DNA from: an uncultured Nitrososphaerota archaeon
GTDB lineage: Archaea > Thermoproteota > Nitrososphaeria > Nitrososphaerales > Gagatemarchaeaceae
DNA: 64,000 bases
Direction of reading: 5' to 3'
Assembly (NCBI GenBank): GCA_963749225.1
Contig: CAVVLY010000005.1
Coordinates: 95,437-159,436, forward strand
In this document: positions 48,973 through 55,828 of the stretch, in pieces
Numbering within the stretch: the first letter of the stretch is position 1
Layout of the letters: every line of letters begins with the position of its first letter
The notes under the pieces: model-generated
Seen by the model: only the letters and a program-made list of their open reading frames with translations
What the model was told of the DNA's origin: nothing
Database searches by the model: none
Made by a program: the position numbers and the translations under genes

Positions 48973-50133
48973 ATGCCTCGCCGCGCCCTTCTGTTGGGGC
49001 CGCTCATCGCAATGTTCTCGGCGAACGGGGTGCTGGCCGTAGCTCAGACGAGCATATCCTCGGTCTATCTCCCCATCTCGTTGACGTTCAACGAACAGAT
49101 CACAGGGCTGGGTGTCCTCAGCTCGGCGTACTTCATCGCCGTGGGCCTAACGGAGGTCCCCGGCGGCTTGTTCTCTTCCAGTCTGGGTCCGAAGAAGATC
49201 ACCGTTGTCGGGAGCACGATCGCCGGGTTGGCGATCCTGGCGACCTCCTTCTCTCCGAGTTTCGGCGTCCTCGTGGTGCTGAGGTTCATTGTTGGCGCAG
49301 GGCTCGGGCTCGCGACCCCTTCGATGCTCGTGCTCACCATGCGAAGCCTCGGCAAGGGAGCGTCCGGCAGGGGCGTCGCGCTCTTCTCAATCGCTTCTAG
49401 CCTCGGCGCTGCGGTGGGCTTCCCTGCTTGGTCCATCCTCGCCGCTGACTACGGGTGGCGGACCAGCCTCTTCGTGGACGGTGCGATGACGGTTGCCGTG
49501 ACGTTGGTCGTACTTTTCATGGTCCCGGCCGACGAGGGCTCCTCAACCCAGAGGATGAAAGGATTCGAGCTCGGGACGATACTCAGAGACAGGCGCATCC
49601 AGGTCCTCTCCCTCGCGTTCTTTGGGACAGGGATTACCGTGGTCCTAATCGGCAACTTCATGGTCTACTACCTGGAGACCGTACTCTCGCTGCAACCCGG
49701 CTACGCGGGCGCGATAACGGGGCTGGGGGCTCTCACCCCCATCTCCTCCTACCTCTTGTTCGGCCGCTTCTATGACAGGGGAATGAGCGGCAGAGCGGTT
49801 GTCTTCGGGGCGACGGTGGGCCTCGGCATCGGGACCGCGCTGGTCTCCATACACTCGCTCTTCGCGGCTCTCGTCGGTATCATAATCTGTGGGGTCTCTG
49901 GCCCGCCGATATCCATCGCGGTGTTCTCGATCTCGCGGAGACTCGCGCCCAGGCCGGACCTAGAGGCGCTCACAATAGGCTTCGTCGACGCCGTCTCTCT
50001 CGTGGGGGTATTCGCTGGGGCGCTCTTGTTTCCCCTGTTGGTCGTCGCCCTCGGGTACCCCCTCGCCTGGATACTCGGCGGCGCCGCCTGCATCATCTTG
50101 ACCGCCCCCGTACTAACATTCAGGAACCTCTAG
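48973..50133 (+). CDS. MFS transporter, paralog 2 of 3
   Basis: 'ISSVYLPISLTFNEQITGLGVLSSAYF', 'LRFIVGAGLGLATPS'. 386 aa. Confidence 0.85.
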   Translation: MPRRALLLGPLIAMFSANGVLAVAQTSISSVYLPISLTFNEQITGLGVLSSAYFIAVGLTEVPGGLFSSSLGPKKITVVGSTIAGLAILATSFSPSFGVLVVLRFIVGAGLGLATPSMLVLTMRSLGKGASGRGVALFSIASSLGAAVGFPAWSILAADYGWRTSLFVDGAMTVAVTLVVLFMVPADEGSSTQRMKGFELGTILRDRRIQVLSLAFFGTGITVVLIGNFMVYYLETVLSLQPGYAGAITGLGALTPISSYLLFGRFYDRGMSGRAVVFGATVGLGIGTALVSIHSLFAALVGIIICGVSGPPISIAVFSISRRLAPRPDLEALTIGFVDAVSLVGVFAGALLFPLLVVALGYPLAWILGGAACIILTAPVLTFRNL

Positions 50134-50256
50134 CGCGGCAAAGTAGTGATTTCGTCGCGGTCTTGTTTATCTGCGCCGTTGGCCCGGGCCAGCGGCACGG
50201 TGTGACACCTGGCGACACTCGAACAAGACCAACGCGTCCGAGGAGTCGCGCCCCTC

Positions 50257-51384
50257 TTGGCGATACTCCTAGCCAACACGGTGATGGCGATAGCGCAGGT
50301 CAGCGTCGCTTCCGTCTACCTCTCCATCTCGGTGACCTTCGATGAGCAGATTACCGGTCTCGGGGTGCTCACTGCGCTGCTCTTCGTCGGCCTCGGGATC
50401 GCGGAGATACCCGGGGGGCTGCTGAGCTCCAGAATGGGCCCGAAGAAGGTCACTCTAGCGGCGATAGCCACGGTCGCGCTAGCCGCCCTGGCCAGCGGCT
50501 ATGCCCCCTCTTTCGACGCGCTCATCGTCCTGAGGTTCGTGGTCGGTGTCGGACTGGGAATGTTCTTCCCATCGATGGTGGTGCTCGCCATCAGGAACAC
50601 CAGCGGCGGCGCCTCAGGCTGGGGCGTCGCCCTGGTCGGCGTCTCGAGTTCCCTTGGCGGCGGTATCGGCACCCTGAGCTGGTCGGTCCTGGGCGCGGTC
50701 TCGGGATGGAGGCCGACCCTTTTCTTGGACGCGGCGCTCACGGCTGCAGTCGGCATTATGGTCTTCCTAGCGGTGCCGCCCGACAGGCAATCCCCCAACT
50801 CCGCGCTCTCCCTGTCGGACCTCAAGCAGATCATCGCAAGGAGAAGGCTGGTCGGGCTCTGTCTTTGCCTGTTGGGGATAGGCGCGACAGGGGCGCTAAT
50901 CGGCAACTTCATGGTCTACTATCTCGAGAAGACCTTCGAGATACAGCCTGGCTATGCAGGTTTCATCACCGCCATAGGGTGGCTCGCCCTCATCTTCGGC
51001 TCGCTGCTCGGCGGGAGGCTCTACGATAGAGGTTCACACACCGGCCTCCTGATCTTCGCATCGACGGCCGCCTATGGCGTCGCGACGATTGTCGTCGCCG
51101 CCCACTCCCTCTTCGCCGCGACCCTCGGCTCGATCTGCTGGGGTTTCACCGGCGGTGCGTGCGGGACGGGAGCGATTGCGGCGGCCAAGAAGCTCGCTCC
51201 AAGCGCCCACCTCGAGGCCCTGACGATAGGCATCTGCGACGCGTGCTCGCTCCTCGGAACCTTCGCGAGCGGACTGTACTTCCCGTTCCTGGTGCTGAGC
51301 CTGGGCTACTCTCTCGCATGGGCCATAGGAGGGTCGGTCTGCATCGTACTTGCGTTGCCCCTAGTCTTCTACAGGGACATGTGA
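50257..51384 (+). CDS. MFS transporter, paralog 3 of 3
   Basis: 'VASVYLSISVTFDEQITGLGVLTALLF', 'LRFVVGVGLGMFFPS'. TTG start. The N-terminus is slightly shorter than in its paralogs. Confidence 0.8.
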   Translation: MAILLANTVMAIAQVSVASVYLSISVTFDEQITGLGVLTALLFVGLGIAEIPGGLLSSRMGPKKVTLAAIATVALAALASGYAPSFDALIVLRFVVGVGLGMFFPSMVVLAIRNTSGGASGWGVALVGVSSSLGGGIGTLSWSVLGAVSGWRPTLFLDAALTAAVGIMVFLAVPPDRQSPNSALSLSDLKQIIARRRLVGLCLCLLGIGATGALIGNFMVYYLEKTFEIQPGYAGFITAIGWLALIFGSLLGGRLYDRGSHTGLLIFASTAAYGVATIVVAAHSLFAATLGSICWGFTGGACGTGAIAAAKKLAPSAHLEALTIGICDACSLLGTFASGLYFPFLVLSLGYSLAWAIGGSVCIVLALPLVFYRDM

Positions 51385-51421
51385 CGCGGCTACTCTCATA
51401 TTCGGCCTCTTTGTGAACAAT

Positions 51422-51445
51422 ATCGAGCTTGATATCGAGCTTGAG
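51422..51445. repeat. 24-bp palindromic motif ATCGAGCTTGATATCGAGCTTGAG, copy 1
   Basis: Lies between the convergent stops of MFS-3 (51384) and SRPBCC-1 (51478). Matches the copy at 54276 at 22 of 24 positions and the copy at 55747 at 20 of 24. Confidence 0.85.
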
Positions 51446-51477
51446 TATTACCATGATTGTCCTTTTCCCACTACAGC

Positions 51478-51942
51478 TCAAGCGGGAGGCATGGGGAGCA
51501 GCTCGGAGAGCTCTTTCACCGCATCGGAGTACGCCTCCAAATTCTCCCTTATCAGCCGCTCGACCAGCACCGCGTTGAGCACCTTTCCGATGTAGCCGAG
51601 AGAGAGCTCGTACTCGAAAGTGGTCAGGCACTCTGTCCCAGTCCCCCACGGCTTGAGAATGGTGCACTGCCGGAACGACTTGAATATCCCGCCGGGTATC
51701 TGGGTGGTCACGATCTTGCTCTCAGGCACCAGCTCTGTTACCTGGAGGAGGATGTCTATTTTTCGCCTTCCCGCCCTTCCGACCATGCGGTACTTCTGCC
51801 CCACGACTGAGCGACCGGGCGGCTCGGCCACGACCGATACTGCATCGCGGAAGATCTTGATGATGAGAGACGTGTCCGTCAGCACGTTGTAGACCTCGGC
51901 CGGCGTCGCAGAAATCTCGATCGTGTGTTCGAGCAGTTCCAA
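51478..51942 (-). CDS. SRPBCC (START/Bet v1/polyketide-cyclase-like) protein, paralog 1 of 3
   Basis: 154 aa. 'IEISATPAEVYNVLTD' N-terminus. Strongly similar to 51956..52417. Confidence 0.7.
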   Translation of the reverse strand: MELLEHTIEISATPAEVYNVLTDTSLIIKIFRDAVSVVAEPPGRSVVGQKYRMVGRAGRRKIDILLQVTELVPESKIVTTQIPGGIFKSFRQCTILKPWGTGTECLTTFEYELSLGYIGKVLNAVLVERLIRENLEAYSDAVKELSELLPMPPA

Positions 51943-51955
51943 GCTATCGCGCTTC

Positions 51956-52417
51956 CTATTCGGGCAGGGGAATAAGCTCGCAGATATCCTTCAAGGCCGA
52001 GTTGTACGCCTTCAGGTTGTCGGTGACGAGTCGTTCTAGCAGCACCAGGTTGAATATCTTTCCGATGTACCCCATGGATAGCTCGTACTCGAAAGTCGTG
52101 TGGACCATGGTGCCCATGCCCTTGTCCTCGATGGTCACGACCTGATTGAACGACTTGAAGAGGCCTCCAGGGAGCTGCTTGTTAACGGCCCTCTTCTCCT
52201 CGACGAGCTCCACCGTCTCCGAAAAAATCTCGACCTTCCTCTTCCCGGCCCTACCCACGATGTGGAACTTCTGGCCCAACCGGTTCCGTCCCGGGGGGTC
52301 CACCTCACATGTGATGACGTTGGGGTAGAGCTTAGGTATGTATGCGGGCTCCATGAGCACGTTCCACACCGTCTTGATCGGAGCGAAAACCTCCGACACC
52401 AATTCGACCTTAGTCAC
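51956..52417 (-). CDS. SRPBCC-family protein, paralog 2 of 3
   Basis: 153 aa. 'VFAPIKTVWNVLMEPAYIPKLYPNV...GRAGKRKVEI...FEYELSMGYIGKIFN' is collinear with paralog 1. Confidence 0.7.
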   Translation of the reverse strand: MTKVELVSEVFAPIKTVWNVLMEPAYIPKLYPNVITCEVDPPGRNRLGQKFHIVGRAGKRKVEIFSETVELVEEKRAVNKQLPGGLFKSFNQVVTIEDKGMGTMVHTTFEYELSMGYIGKIFNLVLLERLVTDNLKAYNSALKDICELIPLPE

Positions 52418-52468
52418 AGCGCGTCCGGCATCTTCACAGGCTCGTATTAAAGCAGAACCGTGTTTTCG

Positions 52469-52941
52469 CTAACTTTCCGACCCCGACTTAGCCGGTTCGA
52501 GCTCTGCGATTTCTTTCAGGTTCTTGAGGTAGTTATCCTCGTTCTCGATGGCCGCCTGCTCGATCACGGGGATGTAGAACTCCGGGCCGAAATACGCCCC
52601 CGAGACCTTGAACTCATAGGTCACGTGGACCTTTGTCCCCTCAGCCGTCCCGGACAGCTCCACCGTCTGGCGGAACTCGTCAAAGGCGCCTCCTCTCGCC
52701 CCGACCACAACCAGTCGCTTGACGGGAACGACCTCCGCTACGCGGTGCGGATCTCTATCAACCTCTTGCCTAGCCTTCCCGAGAGCGTCCTCCTCTGTCC
52801 GACCACCGCGGGTACGTGCGGCTCGAACTTTATGCTGAGGAGGTCAGGATAGAGCTTCGGCACATGGTGAGGGTCGGAAAGGATCTCCCACACTTGTTCA
52901 GGTCGTGCCGCTATCAGTATCTCGCGGGTAATTTTGGGCAC
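52469..52941 (-). pseudogene. SRPBCC-family protein, paralog 3 of 3; frame break near 52738-52744
   Basis: 'MPKITREILIAARPEQVWEILSDPHHVPKLYPDL...GRLGKRLIEIRTA*' continues in another frame as 'VAEVVPVKRLVVVGARGGAFDEF...VTYEFKVSGAYFG'. Confidence 0.7.
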
Positions 52942-52946
52942 GATGG

Positions 52947-53219
52947 CTACGCCTCTTCTCCCGCTAGCTGGTCAGCCTTCACGTAACAGTATATTCTCTT
53001 AAGGGTGCCATCTCTCAGCGTCTTTCGATGAGTATGACGAAGGTACTTGTACTCGTGAATTCTAAAACCATCATTATACTTCTTGGTTACCCAGACCCTC
53101 GCAATTACCCTTCCCCTTGCACCGTTGCAGCCGAGGCATCTCTCCCCGGGCCCAATCCTCCGAATCGATGGCAACTCCCGTGCGCCACTCTCTATTTCCA
53201 GCGCGGCGGACTCTGACAC
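52947..53219 (-). CDS. Small (90 aa) basic hypothetical protein with one CxxC pair; first gene of the SRPBCC unit
   Basis: GTG start with a weak TATA-like 'ccttatgc' ~30 nt upstream. 'GERCLGCNG...RVWVTKKYNDGFRIHEYKYLRHTHRK...KRIYCYV'. The stop is 6 nt before the SRPBCC-3 start. I did not recognise a family. Confidence 0.5.
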   Translation of the reverse strand: MSESAALEIESGARELPSIRRIGPGERCLGCNGARGRVIARVWVTKKYNDGFRIHEYKYLRHTHRKTLRDGTLKRIYCYVKADQLAGEEA

Positions 53220-53254
53220 ATAGGACGAGTGTCCAAGTCACAGCATAAGGAATC

Positions 53255-53800
53255 GAGCCAAGTTTTTTGCACCCATGGGGCCGGTTTTTCTAAGCGAGCG
53301 ATCAGAACAGACCTCCATCAAGGATGGTGCAAATTCGGGGACCCCCCTCCCTCCCCGGTTTGGTGTCGTCTCAGATTTGCACCCATGCTTTGTGGTGCAA
53401 AAATGGTGGAAATATGAACGAATATTTTTCGGTCAAAGCGGGACCATGCTTTTGTTTTTACACCACCGTTAATCCGCGCCAAAGAAGTCGGTCCACGCTC
53501 AGATAAGAAACCCTAGTGGTGTAAAACGAAATCCTGTCCGGATGCAAAATTTTCATGGCCTAGGGTGTCACAGCCAATCGCCGCCCCCTGACCGACCGGG
53601 ACACGGCATGAATCACCCTGTGCATTTGACACCCGCGGGCTTTGACCCCTCGGAAGTCCAGCGGCTCGCGCAATTCCCGGCTGCGATTTCTCCGCCTCGC
53701 CGTCAGATCCTGACGCTCGATGGGCGCAGTCCGGACTTGTGCTCGACCAGATGCCGTCAAAAGCAACTTCGAGGAGTGTTACACCATGCCCACTCTGCCT
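53255..53800. repeat. Cluster of 9-11 copies of a TTTGCACC-like motif in both orientations, with three inverted pairs and an AT-rich core
   Basis: Inverted pairs: 53266-53273/53326-53333 (TTTGCACC/GGTGCAAA, 52-nt spacer); 53376-53383/53394-53401 (10-nt spacer); 53456-53466/53516-53526 (TTTTACACCAC/GTGGTGTAAAA, 49-nt spacer). Further half-sites near 53541, 53565, 53625 and 53778. AT-rich 'aatggtggaaatatgaacgaatatttttcgg' at 53402-53432. Confidence 0.8.
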
Positions 53801-53896
53801 CATTCCCCCTGCTTGCGGAGGCAAATCGCCCGTTTTGGGCTCCTTTTAGCCCGACCAAGAAAACGCGGCTCGGCCCGGACCGGGTCGAGGGCCGTC

Positions 53897-54211
53897 CTAC
53901 TGGAGCTTGTCCTTGTCCTCTGCGAGGATCTTGTCCGTCTCCCTGTCCACCCACGTCTTGTCCGACTGGCGGTACGCTACCCAGTAGTTCGCGGCGACCC
54001 CAATCCCCCACCCAACGATGACAAAGGCCGGCCAGAAGAACCCATGTCCGTTGTAGAACCAGACACCGACGAGTAATACGTCGATTATGACGTACCACGC
54101 CAAGTTCCATCTGAAGCCATACCGAGCCTCTGCCGTCCTTCGCGCCCGCGCCTGCCGTTCGAGCGCTGTAGCGTCTGCGTCCCCTGTTGACATATCTCCC
54201 TGTCGCTTCAT
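53897..54211 (-). CDS. 2TM-domain small membrane protein
   Basis: 104 aa. 'RYGFRWNLAWYVIIDVLLVGVWFYNGHGFFWPAFVIVGWGIGVAANYWVAY' fits the 2TM (PF13239-like) pattern. TATA-like 'ttttataa' upstream. Confidence 0.7.
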   Translation of the reverse strand: MKRQGDMSTGDADATALERQARARRTAEARYGFRWNLAWYVIIDVLLVGVWFYNGHGFFWPAFVIVGWGIGVAANYWVAYRQSDKTWVDRETDKILAEDKDKLQ

Positions 54212-54275
54212 GGAATGGCAGCCTTGTTATAAAACCGATAGACCCCTGCGGCCACTCCGACCCGTCTCGAAAGGC

Positions 54276-54299
54276 ATCGAGCTCGATATCAAGCTTGAG
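54276..54299. repeat. 24-bp palindromic motif ATCGAGCTCGATATCAAGCTTGAG, copy 2
   Basis: Overlaps the stop codon of the 7TM gene (…caa gct TGA tat cga…). Lies ~65-88 nt upstream of the 2TM gene ATG. Confidence 0.85.
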
Positions 54300-55038
54300 T
54301 TGCAGCCGCGACCTTCTCGACCTTGCCAAGCGGGGTGAGGGACATGACCGAGAGATAGACGAAGAAAGTCGCGAAGATTGTCAACAGATTACCGACGACC
54401 TGAGTGAAGGCCCCCGAGTTCACGCTGAAGGTGAACAGGGCCAGCACGAAGAAGCCCAATGCAGACCCTAGGAGCCTGATATGCCTCTTGAGCGTCTGGT
54501 CCGACGTCCTCCTCGACCCGAAGATGGCGGACGCCGTGCCATAGCCAAGAAGGATTATTGCGACCGCGAAGAATTGATAGAAACCCAGTTCGACCCAGAT
54601 CGAGGCGGGTGCTGCTGAGGAGTTGCCGTACGGCGGGATCGAGGTGTCCACGATGATCACGACGCAGCTCGCTGCTAGGACGAAATAGGAAGGGATGCGG
54701 GCCCGCATCCATCGGAAGACGTCCCTGTGGAAGAAGTCAGACTGCATCGCGACCAGCACCGTCCTGTCGATGAAGGCGTAGGACACTACGACTATGGCCA
54801 GGAACGGCAAGAATGACGCCAGGGAGCCGACCAAAGTGTCGGGGAAAGAGACGAAACCGATGGCGTTTGTGACCCCGATCGTCACCATTAGCAGCGCAGA
54901 CCAGGTCGCCCTGCTCTTGTAGGTGCGGTTTACGAATCCTCGCCTCATCTCGATTACGCGGTACAACCCGACGAGGATTATCGCTATCTGGGTGAGCGAC
55001 GCAATGTCTTCGACGTAAACCAAGAAGTCAACGGACAT
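54289..55038 (-). CDS. Seven-TM integral membrane protein, receptor-like, unknown family
   Basis: 249 aa with seven hydrophobic segments by eye. Its start overlaps the end of the KaiC-like gene by 11 nt. Confidence 0.65.
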   Translation of the reverse strand: MSVDFLVYVEDIASLTQIAIILVGLYRVIEMRRGFVNRTYKSRATWSALLMVTIGVTNAIGFVSFPDTLVGSLASFLPFLAIVVVSYAFIDRTVLVAMQSDFFHRDVFRWMRARIPSYFVLAASCVVIIVDTSIPPYGNSSAAPASIWVELGFYQFFAVAIILLGYGTASAIFGSRRTSDQTLKRHIRLLGSALGFFVLALFTFSVNSGAFTQVVGNLLTIFATFFVYLSVMSLTPLGKVEKVAAATQA

Positions 55039-55696
55039 GCGGCAGGACCTCCATGCCTGTATTCGAGACCGAGAAGCGGAAGTAACCGGTGAGCGGCGGG
55101 AGCCCGAGCATCTTCTTCACGCGGAAGAGCGGGGTTATGGCGAGTCCCTCCTCGTATAGGCGCATCTCGATCACACCGTCGAAGAGCTGCTCCATCGTGG
55201 TCAGGACGTTCGGTGGGTGCATCCCATCTTCCATCAGAGCGAGAAAGACAGAGTCCTGTTGCTTGACGTCGGCCAGGAGCTGGGACCAGTAGTTGTACAT
55301 GGGCTCCAGGGGGTTCAGGACGAGGAGCGGCGAGAGGACATCCGTGACTATCTTCGTCCGCCTTTCCCTGTTCTTGTGTGCAGCCTCCTTGATGTTGAAC
55401 GATATCGCCGTAGCGTCCCTGAGGTCGCACTTGACCGGAGACCCGGCGCTCGCTATCCAGTCTGGCACCTTGTCGGCGGGTATTCCCAAGCCCTTCATGT
55501 CCCGGAGCACGTCAGGAACGGGACGATGGGTGGCGTAGAGGCAGTAGTCGCCCTTCACGAGCCCCGACCGGGTGAACCAGTAGCCCAAAGCTTCCTTACC
55601 TATGCCGGGCGGCCCCACTACAAGGATGGCCGAGCGGTCGGGGTACCCGTCTCCTCTCAGGAGTTGGTCCAGCGAAGGAACGCCTGTGGAGACCAA
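55028..55696 (-). CDS. Single-domain KaiC/RadA-like (RecA-superfamily, COG0467-type) ATPase with atypical Walker A GPPGIGKE
   Basis: 'TGVPSLDQLLRGDGYPDRSAILVVGPPGIGKEALGYWF', Walker-B-like 'KIVTDVLSPL'. 222 aa. TTG start. Confidence 0.8.
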   Translation of the reverse strand: MVSTGVPSLDQLLRGDGYPDRSAILVVGPPGIGKEALGYWFTRSGLVKGDYCLYATHRPVPDVLRDMKGLGIPADKVPDWIASAGSPVKCDLRDATAISFNIKEAAHKNRERRTKIVTDVLSPLLVLNPLEPMYNYWSQLLADVKQQDSVFLALMEDGMHPPNVLTTMEQLFDGVIEMRLYEEGLAITPLFRVKKMLGLPPLTGYFRFSVSNTGMEVLPHVR

Positions 55697-55746
55697 AGGG
55701 ATGGCACAAGCCGTTACTTCGGCAAGTTAAGCGTATCCTTCCTTGA

Positions 55747-55770
55747 CACGAGTTTGATATCGAGCTTGAT
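55747..55770. repeat. 24-bp palindromic motif CACGAGTTTGATATCGAGCTTGAT, copy 3
   Basis: Lies 59-82 nt downstream of the ACT-V4R stop and ~50-75 nt upstream of the KaiC-like TTG start. On the minus strand it abuts an 'aaattatc' TATA-like sequence. Confidence 0.8.
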
Positions 55771-55828
55771 AATTTGTAGTTCCGTCCTCAGGGCGTCTTC
55801 TGACGAGCGCAGTTATTACGTAGCCGGC

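Noticed and set aside
53255-53800. CRISPR array
   Set aside because: The repeats are only 8-11 nt long, occur in both orientations and have irregular spacing (10-52 nt). There are no cas genes.
53220-53896. Possible RNase P RNA, SRP RNA, tRNA or C/D-box sRNA in the long intergenic region
   Set aside because: I looked for GGAAAGUCC / ACAGAA..GGCUUA (RNase P), the SRP domain IV motifs, T-loop GGTTCRAATCC, and C/D boxes (RUGAUGA...CUGA). Only loose resemblances were found, such as 'ggaagtccagc'. Without a covariance-model search no RNA gene can be supported.
53513-54021. ORFs of 103-190 aa in several frames inside the gene-free region (53513..53824 -, 53542..54021 +, 53720..54076 +, 53757..54329 -)
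   Set aside because: They are Pro/Arg/Ser/Gly-rich low-complexity translations with no TATA-start geometry. They overlap each other or the 2TM gene, so the region was treated as non-coding.
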